From the human T2T-CHM13v2.0 reference genome, Homo sapiens: DNA of 64,000 nt. The stretch is taken from the NCBI RefSeq assembly GCF_009914755.1, contig NC_060940.1. The stretch is one strand, 5' to 3'. Both the position numbers and the translations under genes were made by a program. Below are positions 1 through 12,905 of this stretch, piece after piece; positions within the stretch are counted from its first letter, which is position 1, and each line of letters begins with the position of its first letter. Below the pieces are notes generated by a model. The model was not told the DNA's origin. It worked only from the letters and a program-made list of their open reading frames with translations, and did not search any database.

Positions 1-303
1 AATATTGGTTAATATTACTTTTCAATCAAAACCTTCTTCAAGCTCAATGTTAGGGATGGTCTTCAAATAAAGAATAATTATCCAGTATTTAACATGCTTT
101 CATGTTAAGCCAAAAGGGTCATAGACTCTGAAATCCCTTGAAAGGCAAAAGCAGATAAGTGAAAGCAAGATAAATAGATATCTTCCTGGTAAACTGACTA
201 ACTCACTCTGAGAAATACAGAATGTATAGATGGTATCTACACTACTCTAACATAATGAAGAATAACATTTCTTCTAAACACTGTTTCTTTTCTGCCCCTT
301 TAG

Positions 304-511
304 GGACAGTTTTAATTCCAGGAACCACTCAGCTGACCCAGAAAGACATTCTCTACAGACTACAATCTTCAAAAGCAAACTGCATTATCACCAATGATGT
401 TTTAGCCCCAGCAGTAGACGCTGTTGCATCCAAATGTGAAAATCTGCACTCCAAGCTGATTGTATCAGAGAACTCCAGAGAGGGGTGGGGGAACCTCAAG
501 GAGTTGATGAA
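304..511 (+). CDS. ACSM3: ACSM3 medium-chain acyl-CoA synthetase, internal coding exon (earlier exons lie upstream of the window)
   Basis: TAG acceptor 301-303, GTGAGT donor 512; encodes GTVLIPGTTQLTQKDILYRLQSSKANCIIT...WGNLKELMK; 208 nt. Confidence 0.95.
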
Positions 512-689
512 GTGAGTAGCCACACTTGTTGTAAAACAGCTTCCCAAAAGGAAAGGCAACAATAAAAAGATATTAAACCCAGCAGTGATTAGAAAAATGC
601 AAATTAAAACAACAGGCAAAGGGAACAGTTGGTAGTTATTGCTGCACTAATAGTGCTAAACTCTGAAGTAGGAAGGAGCTTGGAGTGCT

Positions 690-1010
690 TTTTGTAGGTT
701 GGGATCCCCTGAGATTGGAGATTGGTGTATAGGAAGTTTATTAAGGAGTTCTTTTGGGATTAACACCTGTGAGGAATGAGTAAGAATGTCGGACTGGGCA
801 GAGAAAGAAATTTATTTGCGATGTATTCCCTACAAAGCTTTCAGTCAACCCACTGGGACCTCTGAAGGACCTCCTCAAAGCTGTTCCCAGCTAAAGCAAG
901 AGGTCCTGGCCTTTATATACCCACATTGATCAGTAATTGGATGGGGTTGTCCCTAGGAGTCAAGACCTTTAACAAAGCCACTGTCTTCAGTCAAGGCAAT
1001 CTCTAGAGAG
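690..1010. mobile_element. Old ERVL LTR fragment (LTR16-like)
   Basis: Resembles recalled LTR16 consensus (AGGTTGGG...GAAGTTTATT...AACACCTGTG...GGACTGGGCAGAG). Confidence 0.5.
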
Positions 1011-1670
1011 TGCTCCCAGCACCTGTCACTGAAGGATCACAGTCAGTCCTTCAGTGTTGGCTATCCCATTCCCTTGCTGACAGCAACACTGGTATCAGGT
1101 TAAAAGAAAAAATGCTTAATGTTAATGGATGCAATTATAAAAGTGAATTTCACTGATGTTGAAGCCTAGCATGGGGTGTTTCCATGGGTTACTTGGAACT
1201 CTTGCCAGGTACTGGTTATGCCTTAGAATTGGGCTGGCAGCAAAGTCCTTCTCTAGAATGAGCTTCCTACCTTTACTCAAGGATTTGGGAGCATGCTTGC
1301 AACTATGGACTTTTCCTACCACATTTAAAATTCCTAATATTGAGTTCTTGCCAAAGGCCAAGTACGGTTCTAATAAAAATAATGTTATAATTGCAATCAT
1401 AGCTTATATTGATACGGTTATGTGCCAGAAACTATTCTAAGGACTTCAGATATATTACCTCATTTAAACCTCACAGCAACCTAGGTACTATAATTACACA
1501 GCTGAATAAGGTCAAATGCTAGTATCTGGCAGAGCTAAGTTTCAAACCCAGGCAGTATGGGTGCTGAGCCTACACTCCTCACTTCTGTATGTACTGCCTC
1601 TAGTAAGAGATCAGTACAACAACCCTTCCTCAGGTTTTGAGGGCAACCGTATTGGTGATGGAAGTGATAG

Positions 1671-1981
<311 letters not shown>

Positions 1982-2072
1982 TATAGATAGTATTTTTAAT
2001 TAATTAAGATAATTATGAAATCATAGACTGAACACTTGGTGTAGCTTTGTCAGATTTTGAAAACAGCTTTTT

Positions 2073-2356
2073 AGCCAGGCGCAGTGGCTGATGCCTATAA
2101 ATCATCACTTTAGGAGGCTGAGGTGGGATGATGGTTTGAGTCCAGGAGTTCAAGACCAGCTTGGGAAACACAGTGAAACCTCTTCTCTATATAAATAAAA
2201 ATAATTAGCCAGGCATGGTGATGCATACCTGTAGTCCCAGCCTACTCGGGAGGCTGAGGTAGGAAGATCGCTTGAACCCAGGAGGTCATGGCTGCAATGA
2301 GCCATGACTGAGCCACTGCACTCCAGCCTGGGTGAGAGAGAGAGAAACCCTGTCTC

Positions 2357-2389
<33 letters not shown>

Positions 2390-2400
2390 GAAAAGAAAAT
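2073..2400 (+). mobile_element. Alu (J-type)
   Basis: Dimeric Alu, A/GAAAA tail, TSD AAAA(C/T)AGCTTTT. Confidence 0.93.
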
Positions 2401-2702
2401 AGCTTTTCTATATTTCTCATGAATGGCCTGGTTGTTTCTACTCATTCTCAACCCCACATGCCTGGATAAGTCTGTGTGCATCTTAGACACTTGATATGTA
2501 TGTGTGCAGCTGCCCTAATGTGTGACTTGTATAGAAGTCTGATTATCCTTTGGAACTAAAAGGTTTTCTTTCTCTTTAACTGGAACTCTTTCTTCCCTGG
2601 ATGGATGCTTAGATCCTGTTCAATCTTATTGTCTGCTATATCCAGAACTATGTAGACTCTCTTGTGGGAAACAGAAAAGCCAACCTTTCACGGTCAGCAA
2701 AC

Positions 2703-3202
<500 letters not shown>

Positions 3203-3572
3203 CAGTACCCATGGCTTTTACTAACATGTATTGTATTAACATACTCATTTTTAAAAAATCACATTTTAAAGCATCCATAGGGGAGGGAAGGGGAAAATTC
3301 TTCCTTATCCATGATTGCAAGATCACACAGACTCCTTACTCTGCTGGAGGTATGATAAAAATCTCAAGTTTTAAAAATGCTTCAATCCTTCTTTATCATA
3401 GAATAAAAAGCTAGGAAAGCAGCTATTATAAATGGGCCTTTGATGACAAAGTTTAGTTTTGATTCTAGAAAGCACCTAAAAGGATAGAGAAAGTGATGGC
3501 TTTTACCCTGTAATTCAAGCTAAGCCACTGGCACCTGATTCATGACATGAAGAGGTTCAAGTGGAGAGCTTC

Positions 3573-3665
3573 TCAAAATTTTTCAGTGGTAACAGTCTGT
3601 GATGCTGTGTTTAACATGCAGTCATTGTAGTTTTTCCTTTGCAGACATGCCAGTGACAGCCACAC
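3573..3665 (-). CDS. ERI2: ERI2 alternative terminal exon (coding part), overlapping an ACSM3 coding exon
   Basis: TGTTTTGTCTTCACACAG acceptor; VWLSLACLQRKNYNDCMLNTASQTVTTEKF-TGA; 244+84 = 328 aa, matching a recalled ERI2 isoform length. Confidence 0.75.
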   Translation of the reverse strand: MWLSLACLQRKNYNDCMLNTASQTVTTEKF

Positions 3666-3788
3666 CTGTGTGAAGACAAAACACAATGAGATCATGGCCA
3701 TATTCTTTACCAGTGGAACAAGTGGATATCCGAAAATGACTGCACACACCCACAGCAGTTTTGGTTTAGGATTATCTGTAAATGGAAG
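3645..3788 (+). CDS. ACSM3: ACSM3 coding exon with AMP-binding P-loop signature
   Basis: CAG/GT boundaries; encodes HASDSHTCVKTKHNEIMAIFFTSGTSGYPKMTAHTHSSFGLGLSVNG; FTSGTSGYPK is the adenylate-forming enzyme A3 motif. Confidence 0.97.
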
Positions 3789-3904
3789 GTATACTTTCAC
3801 AAAAGTGCAGCTTGAAGTGTCAAAACTGCAAAGATGATGACTTATGTACTGGTCTTTTATATTTATTTTCCTATGTACATCAGGGCTACTCTTTGTTTTC
3901 CCAG

Positions 3905-4061
3905 GTTCTGGCTAGATTTGACACCCTCAGATGTGATGTGGAATACCTCAGATACGGGCTGGGCAAAGTCTGCATGGAGTAGTGTTTTTTCTCCGTGGAT
4001 CCAGGGAGCATGTGTATTCACACACCATTTACCCCGTTTTGAGCCGACTTCTATCTTGCAA
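3905..4061 (+). CDS. ACSM3: ACSM3 coding exon
   Basis: CCAG acceptor, GTAAGC donor; FWLDLTPSDVMWNTSDTGWAKSAWSSVFSPWIQG...TSILQ; phase matches neighbours. Confidence 0.96.
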
Positions 4062-4209
4062 GTAAGCCAAAGCACAAAGAGGTCAATATTTAGAAATGCA
4101 TTAAGCAGTATGGCTGACAGAACTGGTGAATAAAGCAACTTGCAGAGATCAGAGTAGACAATATGATTTAAGATATGTCACATCCAGAAAGTCAATAAGC
4201 CTGAAAAGA

Positions 4210-4510
4210 TACACTCGGCCCCCTCTGTATCCACAGGTTCTGCAGCCTCTGATTCTGCCAGGCACATATTGAAAATATTTGGGGAGAAAAACCAAAAACA
4301 AAATACAACAATTAAAAAAATGCAAATAAAAAATACCATGTAACAAATATATACATAGCATTTACATTGTTTTAGGCAGTATAAATAATCTAGAGATGAT
4401 TTAAAGTATACGGGAGGATATGCATAGGTTATATGCAAATACCATACAATTTTATATAAGGGACTTAAGCATTCCTGGAACCAATCCTGCAGACACTGAG
4501 GGATGATTCT
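4210..4510. mobile_element. Tigger3-type TcMar DNA transposon
   Basis: CCCCTCTGTATCCACAGGTTCTGCA...AATCTAGAGATGATTTAAAGTATACGGGAGGAT matches recalled Tigger3 MITE. Confidence 0.7.
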
Positions 4511-4638
4511 ACAAGAAAAGGTAAGAATGTATTTACATTAACATAAACAATGTTTAAATTGTGCTGCGTCAACCAAAGACATTTAAGCACTTATTTAAGT
4601 TGTAGTAAGACCAAGAGTTTGCTTTTTCTAAATTGCAG

Positions 4639-4718
4639 ACACTCTCCAAGTACCCCATCACAGTCTTCTGTTCAGCACCAACTGTATACCGAATGCTTGT
4701 ACAGAATGATATAACCAG
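4639..4718 (+). CDS. ACSM3: ACSM3 coding exon
   Basis: TGCAG acceptor, GTAAGA donor; TLSKYPITVFCSAPTVYRMLVQNDIT. Confidence 0.95.
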
Positions 4719-5144
4719 GTAAGAAATGTTAGTAAATAGGCATCTAGTGGGGAGAGGGGAGAAGAGGAAGCTATAAAATAAAAGATCTTTCTGCCTGAAA
4801 CATAGCTCCAAGCCAGTAGACACAGGATTTAGCAATCTCTCCTCTTCCTCTTTCTCCTTCTTGCCTGCATTCTGTAAATGATAATTACTGTGACCAGGGC
4901 AAGATCCCCCAAACAAGAAGAAAGTGAGGGTTCAGCTATGTTTATAGCTCTAAGCCCAGTGGTTATGGGTAAGAAGATGGTAAATCTTTTGGATGATGGC
5001 TTTCTCTGAGCTGAGAAAGTAGAGAACTTGTTTCTATTTGGAACCTTATCCCAGCAGATAGAAAAGAGGATGCATATCTTTTATTCTATTGCTGATTCCA
5101 TTTGAAAGGGTTCATTGGTAATCCAAAAAGAAAAACAACCCCCG

Positions 5145-5150
5145 TTTCTC

Positions 5151-5185
<35 letters not shown>

Positions 5186-5400
5186 GTTTCAATAGGGTTT
5201 TGGGAAACAGGTGGTGTTTGGTTACATGAATAAGTTCTTTAGTGGTGACTTCTGAGATTTTGGTGCTCCCATCACCCAAGCAGTATACACTGTACTCAAT
5301 GTATAGTCTTTTATCCCTCACCCACCTCCCACCCTTTCCCCAGAGTCCCCAAAGTCCATTATATCATTCTTACGCTATTGCATCCTCATAACTCAACTCC
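5145..5400 (-). mobile_element. L1 3' end (L1PB-like) with (GTTTT)n tail
   Basis: GGAAACAGGTGGTGTTTGGTTACATGAATAAGTTCTTTAGTGGTG is typical of an L1P 3' UTR. Confidence 0.75.
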
Positions 5401-5424
5401 CAGCAACCACTATTTTACTATATT

Positions 5425-6250
5425 CACAACACTCAATACTCTGGGTCTCCAGATGTAAGGGATCTTTTCCCCCACATTGACCAATTCTCCAACATCAGTT
5501 GAGTATCCTATGATTTAATTCAGTCTGACATTATCTCCGTGGAGGCAGCATCATATCCCACAGGTTAATGACTCAGTCCCACAAGACTCTTTCCCATCTC
5601 AAATGCTAATCACAAGTCCAGGCTGTCACCTGCGCATATGACCAAATGGCTACAAATCAGAGGTTCCCATGACCCTTCCTTGGGTTTAGTAATTTGCTAT
5701 GATGGCTCACAGAGTGCAAGAAAACACTTACTTACATTTCCCAGCTTATTATAAAAGATATGATAAAAGTTACAGATGAATAGCTAGCCAGATGAAGAGG
5801 TACATAGGGTGAGGTCCACAAGGTCCCAAGTGCAGCAGCTTCTATCCCTGTGGAGTGGGGGTGCACTACCTTTCCGGCACGTGGTGCTCTCCAAACCTCA
5901 TACTTCAGGGATTTTTTTGGAGGCTCCATTATGTAGGCATGATTGATTATTAAGTCAATCTCCAGCTCCTCTCCTTTCCCTGAAGGATGGAGGTGAGGCT
6001 GAAAGTGCCAAGCTTCTGTTCCTGGCTTAGTCTTTCTTGTGACCAACCCCTATACGGGAGCCCCATTGAGAGTCGCCTCATGAGAACAAAAGACAATTCT
6101 ATTACCCAGGAAATTCCATGGAATTTAGAAGCTCTGTATCAGAAACTAGAGTCAAAGGCAAAATATTAGAACAAAAGATACTCCTAGCACACCCATCACT
6201 TGGGAAATTACAAAGGTTTTAGAAGCTCTGGGCCAGGAACCCAGGATGAA
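5425..6250. mobile_element. MER21-type LTR
   Basis: Similarity to recalled MER21 consensus (CTCAGTCCCACAAGACT...GGTTCCCATGACCC...CAGGAAATTCCA). Confidence 0.65.
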
Positions 6251-6259
6251 GACTCAGTA

Positions 6260-6492
6260 CAGGTTGAGTATCCCTTATCCAAAATGCTTGAGACCAGAAG
6301 TCTTTTGGATTTCAGATTGTTTTGGATTTTGGAATATTTGCATTATACTGGTTGGGCTGCCCTAATCCAAAAACATGAAACCTGAAATCCTCCAATGAGC
6401 ATTTCCTTTGAGCATCATGTTGGTACTAAAAAAGTTTCAGATTTTGGAGCACTTTGGATTTTGAATTTTCAGATTAAGGATACTCAACATCT
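6260..6492. mobile_element. Tigger4 (MER46)-type MITE
   Basis: Terminal inverted repeats CAGGTTGAGTATCC...GGATACTCAACAT flanked by TA. Confidence 0.8.
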
Positions 6493-6743
6493 ATGTATTT
6501 CTTGTTATAGCTCATATCACAGGTAAATATATTTAAACTGATGTTATTTAATTATCGAATAGGAAATAATTCACCTGCCATAAAATTCAAAAGGTATATA
6601 AAAATACATAGTGAAAAGTCTTGCTTCAAACCTTGTCCCCAGTGACCCAGTCCTCTTCCATGGAGGCAAACTGAGTTTCCAGTTTCTTGTCTATTCTCCC
6701 TGAAAATACACAAACTGATACACATGTGTTCTCCCCGTCTCAA

Positions 6744-7106
<363 letters not shown>

Positions 7107-7119
7107 TAACAATACATTC

Positions 7120-7330
7120 TGGCACTGTGTTGTGCAATATGGTAGCCACTAACCACAGCTAGTTATTTCAATATAAATATTAAGTAAAATTAAAAATTCA
7201 ATTCCTCAGTTATACTAGTCCTGTTTCTAGTGTTCAATATCCATATAGGGCTAGCATATACTGTAGTGGGTACAGCAGATTACAGAGTACTTCCATATAA
7301 CAGAAAGTTCTACTGGGCAGCACTGTCCAA
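7120..7330. mobile_element. MER3-type hAT-Charlie element
   Basis: CAATATGGTAGCCACTA...GAAAGTTCTACTGGGCAGCACTG; similar copies near 17300-17480 and 55675-55850. Confidence 0.65.
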
Positions 7331-7439
7331 GAGCTTCCTCATTTTTCATAGCTGTATAGTATTCCATTGTATAAATATCCCACCATCAGTTTTACCAAAC
7401 AATTGGTACTTTTCATTGCTGATTTAAAGTGTTATTATG

Positions 7440-7540
7440 GTGCTCACTTCAGCAGTACATACACTAAAATTGGAATGATACAGAGCAGATTAGCATGGCC
7501 CCTGCACAAGGATGACATGCAAATTTTTGAAGCATTCCAT
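7440..7540 (+). pseudogene. U6 snRNA processed pseudogene (retrocopy)
   Basis: Near full-length match to U6 with CpG decay and ACAGAGA->ACAGAGC; A-rich tail 7542-7574; TSD AAA(G/A)TGTTATTATG at 7426-7439 and 7571-7584. Confidence 0.95.
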
Positions 7541-7914
7541 GAAAACATAAAAATAAAAACAAAATAAAATAAAATGTTATTATGGGGTACCTTCCCTAAG
7601 AACAGAATGACCTTCTTTGTAATAAATTATACCTCCACCACAAAAAGGGGGGTAAAGAAAAACTAGTATTTGGGGTATTCTAGTATCATTCTATGATATT
7701 AGAATGATTTATCTTTTTAATATCTTTATTTTTAATTTGTGTAGGTACTTAGTAGTTGTATATGTTTATGGGGTAAAATGGTTTGTTTTGTGCTAGGGAG
7801 AGGAATTAAAAAGCGACTAAAACATTTTATATTGAAGTTCATAAGAAATAATCCTTAATCTTCACTTCTCTCCATTTTTCCTCCTAAATCTAACTTATCT
7901 GGTTTTCTGAGAAG

Positions 7915-8038
7915 CTATAAGTTTAAAAGCTTAAAGCACTGTGTGAGTGCTGGGGAACCAATTACCCCTGACGTGACTGAAAAATGGAGAAACAAGACGG
8001 GCCTGGATATCTACGAAGGATATGGACAGACTGAAACG
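7915..8038 (+). CDS. ACSM3: ACSM3 coding exon (SAGEP and EGYGQTE motifs)
   Basis: AAG acceptor, GTACCT donor; YKFKSLKHCVSAGEPITPDVTEKWRNKTGLDIYEGYGQTET (A5 motif YGQTE). Confidence 0.96.
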
Positions 8039-8500
8039 GTACCTGACCTCACTGAAAAGACATAGCTGGATTCCATTTAGTCAGATGAATAAAAACCAAA
8101 GTGTCCACAGTCTCCTTATGATTATTTGAGGGATAGGAGTTGAGTGGTTAGAAAATGTTTAAAAAAACAATGCTTGCAAGAACCTAATTGCAAAAAAGCT
8201 CTGTTAACAGATAGTTGTTTAAATAGCCATTCATTGACAAACACCACTGTTAATGGATCAGAGTAAGGGCATTACAATATTTTTTTAAATGAAATAATAC
8301 TGGATCTACTGAAAGAAAGAATTCCTCCCAGTGTGATAGGGAAGTATCTTATTTAGGGCTGCCTCAAAATGGAAAATGCTGAGATCCTTGCTGCCTGAAA
8401 TATTAAGAGTTTGCTGGACAACTCCTTAGCAACCATACTCTAAAAAGGATTTTTTAAAGAGCTCATAGAGATAAGGAATAAGAAATTCTAGAGGAAATGA

Positions 8501-8552
8501 ATGAAATAAGAACAAAAAATGAAATAAGAACAAAAAATGAAATAAGAAAAAA
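8501..8552 (+). repeat. 18-bp tandem repeat (ATGAAATAAGAACAAAAA, about 3 copies)
   Basis: Units start at 8501, 8519, 8537. Confidence 0.9.
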
Positions 8553-9008
8553 GAACAACAGTGGTTATTTTGTAGAAGAGGGAGGAGTAAGATGAAATAG
8601 ATAAGGGAAAAGTTGAAAAAACTTTTCACAATGTGTCTTTATAATGCTTCAATTTATGAACCATGAGAATGTATCACCTGGTAAAAAATGAAAATATCAA
8701 AAATAAAAATCAAAAATTGAAAAATTCATTAACTAGAAATAGCATAACAAGTATGCTAATATAAATGCAAATGTTAATATACTCATGTTTTGATAAATAT
8801 GGATATATGAGTAATTATTGTTATAACTATATTTTATACATATGCATGTATTTATATGTTATCACTACATTCCATGAGAGTATAGCATTCATTTTGAGCC
8901 TAGTTCATAGTAAGTTTTCAATAAATAATTTGTTGAATGAATGCATGATAGATGAATAAATTTTAAGTGACTTGTAATGTTATCTTACTTTTTCTTCTTC
9001 TTAACTAG

Positions 9009-9089
9009 GTGCTAATCTGTGGAAATTTTAAGGGAATGAAAATTAAACCTGGCTCAATGGGAAAACCTTCTCCTGCTTTCGATGTTAAG
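9009..9089 (+). CDS. ACSM3: ACSM3 coding exon
   Basis: CTAG acceptor, GTTTGC donor; VLICGNFKGMKIKPGSMGKPSPAFDVK. Confidence 0.95.
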
Positions 9090-9182
9090 GTTTGCACATC
9101 CCCTTCCAGGAGAATGTTTAACAACCCAATCTGTACACTACCTACCTACCGCTTACCCCCATATAAACTTTCTTTGTTATGA
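9090..9182 (+). CDS. ACSM3: ACSM3 alternative short-isoform C-terminus (intron read-through)
   Basis: In-frame read-through of a weak donor gives VCTSPSRRMFNNPICTLPTYRLPPYKLSLL-TGA; AATAAA at 9311-9316; matches my recollection of a 438-aa isoform. Confidence 0.65.
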   Translation, partial: VCTSPSRRMFNNPICTLPTYRLPPYKLSLL

Positions 9183-9268
9183 TGGTGATTCCATTTTACT
9201 TCCATGATACTTTAATTTTTATAAATATGTGAAAATGATTAGAAATGTTAGCTTCTTGGTCTCCATTA

Positions 9269-9655
<387 letters not shown>

Positions 9656-10084
9656 CTATGAGAAGCATACTAATATTAGAACCATTTTACAAACAAGGCA
9701 CAAAGAGGTAAAAGAACTCACCAGAAGTCACACAGCTAATAGCTGCTAGAGTTGGGATTCAATCCCAAGCAGTCTGGCTCCAATATCTGCACTCTTAACC
9801 ACAACACAACACTGGTCCTCTCAGGCAAGGGAGGTCAAGACCTTCTGAGCGGGTCAACTAGGCCCGAAGAGGCTTCAGTTTACAGTGGCTGCAGCACTTT
9901 CCCTCTCTGCTCCCAAGCCTGCCTGGCCATTTCCAGCCTCTCTGTATCCACTGCCACTACTACCACCTGATGCCTAGGGGGAATTCCAGTTCCCCATCAG
10001 CAAGCTTTATATAGGGTTAAAATTGTTCTCAGATCAACCGAGCTTCAAAGCTGGGTGTAGCCAAAGGAACTTAACACTAATTTG

Positions 10085-10308
10085 GACACTCCTCAACTTA
10101 TGATAGGGTTATGTCCCAAAATAATAAGTCATCATAAGTTGAAAACATCCTAAGTCACAAATGCATGGCTGACTGGGAGCTGTGACTTACTGTTGCTGCC
10201 CAGCATCTAGAGAGAAAGATGGTTTCAACTGAATGGTTATCTTTTTCACCCATTGTAAAGTTGGGAAATAGTAAGTTCGAACCATTTTAATTCAGAGACC
10301 CATCTGTA
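10085..10308. mobile_element. MER47/Tigger5-type MITE
   Basis: CTCCTCAACTTATGATAGGGTTATGTCCC...GGCTGACTGGGAGCTG...ACCATCTGTA. Confidence 0.6.
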
Positions 10309-12409
10309 CGTTAAGAGACAGCAAAAGCAGCAAAAATATGGATGAATTAACAGAGTACAGCTCTTAGATAAATGTTTCCCAAGCTTGTTTGATCATAAAC
10401 ATCATATGGATATCTGTTAAAAATACTAATTCTCAGGCCCCTGGAGAGACCAATTCAATAGATTTGGAGTGGAACTCTGAAATTTGAAATCTTGTGATTT
10501 TAACAAGCACCCCCCAAGTAGTTTTTAGGATCAAATAAGTTTGAGAGAGTTTAGATGAGCTTGATTGCTGCTGTAACTCTTTATAGAATAAACCAGATCC
10601 TGGGTCCTTTCTCTCACTTTAACCTTGCTGTGGAAACCTGGTCTCAAGATAGGATAGCCTAGTGGTTCAACTATATCTCTGCTATTCACTGTCTGAGTGT
10701 CTGTGGGTACACTGTTAAAGCTCTGTAAGTTCCAGTTTCCTAATTTGTAAAGTTGGGACTAGAGTGACCAACCTGTCTGTTTGCCTGGGACTTATCTGGT
10801 TTTAGCACTTAAGGCAATACATCCTGAAGAACCACCCCCCGACAACCCCTCACCACTTCAGTCTCAGATGGTTGGTAAACCAAATAATAACAGAACTGAT
10901 TTCATAGGTTTCTTGTGGTGATTAAAGGAGACAATATGTTTAAAGAGCATATCAGAATGCTTAGTACATAATAAAGGTCCAAAAGATGGGTACTGTTATT
11001 TACTTCTCCCTCACATTCCTCTTTTTATTTATTTATTTATTTTTTTATTTTTTCACATTCCTCTTTGAAAAGCTTATCTAAGAAAAAATGGTAGGAGAGC
11101 CCAAACAGGCTTAACAATAGTTTGTTGGTTAACAGGCTACCTTAGGTTGAAGAAAGAAATATTGATAATTAAGCACACTCATGTCTGCATTACAGGGAAG
11201 TTGATATGTAACACAGCTATGTTCTTTTTCTTCCTTCCTTAATAGCAATTCCCAACATGCATGGCTATCAGGGTCTTACAGGCACAGCTGTATTCACAGT
11301 GATCCCAACTGCAAGGTACCCCCACCTGCTCCCCATTAATTTGAGCCCAGTGGTTTTCTAGAGCAGCTATCTTTGAATGCAAATATGATGAGGCTGAGAG
11401 GAAAACAGTACTTTTTCTGCATCCCCAGTCATTTTTAACTCTTTTCCACGGGCCGTTATTATGGGGCTTCTTGTTCCTTAGCTAAGGGCATCTGCAGTAA
11501 CATTCTGGCATCTGGGGATGTGTTCCAACCAGGTGAATATCAGATTCCTACAACTTCAAAGCCCAACCTTTATAATCTTCTTTGTTTGCTTTTAAATACT
11601 CATAATTTTCATGTTTAAACATTTTAAGACCCTATGAACAATGAGGAACATGATTCTCCCCAGACACAGAAGATTTTATCTATATTCCCATCTATTAAAA
11701 TCTGTAAGTAACTGGAACTTTTAAAATACTTCCTTTCCATCAATAATTCCTTCATACCTGGAACCACATATTTCTTTAGATAACTGGGTGGGAATTTATA
11801 TTTTTTTATTTGCAAGAGCTTAAAGAGAAGTTTTTACGCTTAGAATTCCTTTGCCATTTAAGTTTCTCATTCAGCACATAAGCCCCTTTCCTTTTGGAAA
11901 GTGCTAGATAAGTATTATACTTATTCTCCATGCAGGCCACACCTCAGGTTTGAAGGTATCTGGAGAATATATATAAAAGCAGAATTTTGATACTTAGAAA
12001 CAGCTAAAAGTCATTTAGAGCAAAATCTGATGTATAAAATCAGCAATCAACTTGAGAAATGCTAATCTGATTTTTTTAATTGGATTAAACTCTCTAGAGG
12101 CATTGCACAGAGGAGTGTAATGATTAAAAGCATATGATCTGGAGTGTAAGTGGTGAGATTTGGATTCCAGCTCAATCATGCACAGTGTTAAACTCTCTAC
12201 ACCTCAGTTTCCTCATGTGTCAAATGGGCATAAAAATTCTAACCACATAGGGCTACAGTGAGGAATAGGTACATGTCAAGTACTTAAAGGTTTAGCATTA
12301 ATTACTTAGCATGTATTAAGTACTTAATAAATGCTAGCTACTGGTAGACACTTCAGGGAATGATGAGGATTGGAGAGAGGGTAAGAGAGCAAGGCTGTGG
12401 CTTACTTAC

Positions 12410-12488
12410 CATTGTCAACCAGAGAATATTCCCCTTTTCCTGTTTACTCATATTGGGCTTCTGAAGTAAGGTTCTGTAGGTTCCACAG
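12410..12488 (-). CDS. ERI2: ERI2 alternative (short isoform) exon inside an ACSM3 intron
   Basis: TTTGTTTAG acceptor, consensus GTAAGT donor; CGTYRTLLQKPNMSKQEKGNILWLTM; phases fit both neighbours. Confidence 0.75.
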
Positions 12489-12611
12489 CTAAACAAAGTT
12501 TGAAAACCAGTAATGAAGATATTTATTTATCAAGAGGAAAAGATAATCAAGACCTATTGCTAAATGATAAAAGCAGGTTGGCAAAACTGTATATTATAAA
12601 GCAACTCTATT

Positions 12612-12905
12612 TTTCTTTTTTTTTTTTTTTTTTTGAGATGGAGTTTCACTCATTGCCCAGGCTGGAGTGATCTCGGCTCACTGCAACCTCCCCATCCCGG
12701 GTTCAAGCAATTCTCCTGCTCAACCTCCCAAGTGGCTGGGATTACAGGTGCCCACCACCATGCCTGGCTAATTTTTCTATTTTTAGTAGAGATGGGGTTT
12801 CACCATGTTGCTCAGGCTGGTCTTGAACTCCTGACCTCAGGCGATCCACCCGCCTCGGCCTCCCAAAGTGCTAGGATTACAGGCATGAGCCACTGCGCCC
12901 AGCCA
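12612..12905 (-). mobile_element. Alu (S-type)
   Basis: Poly-T plus dimeric Alu. Confidence 0.93.

Noticed and set aside
3666-3800. Hydrophobic N-terminal part of the 75-aa minus ORF as a membrane microprotein
   Set aside because: It is the antisense shadow of an ACSM3 exon; only 3573-3665 has splice support
7440-7540. Functional U6 snRNA gene
   Set aside because: Mutated ACAGAGA box, CpG decay, no terminal T-run, A tail and TSD mark a retrocopy
7909-7914. GAG-AAG tandem (NAGNAG) acceptor in ACSM3
   Set aside because: GAG is a poor acceptor and would add a single residue; no evidence of use
8501-8552. Direct repeats as a CRISPR-like array
   Set aside because: Head-to-tail minisatellite without spacers in eukaryotic DNA; no cas genes
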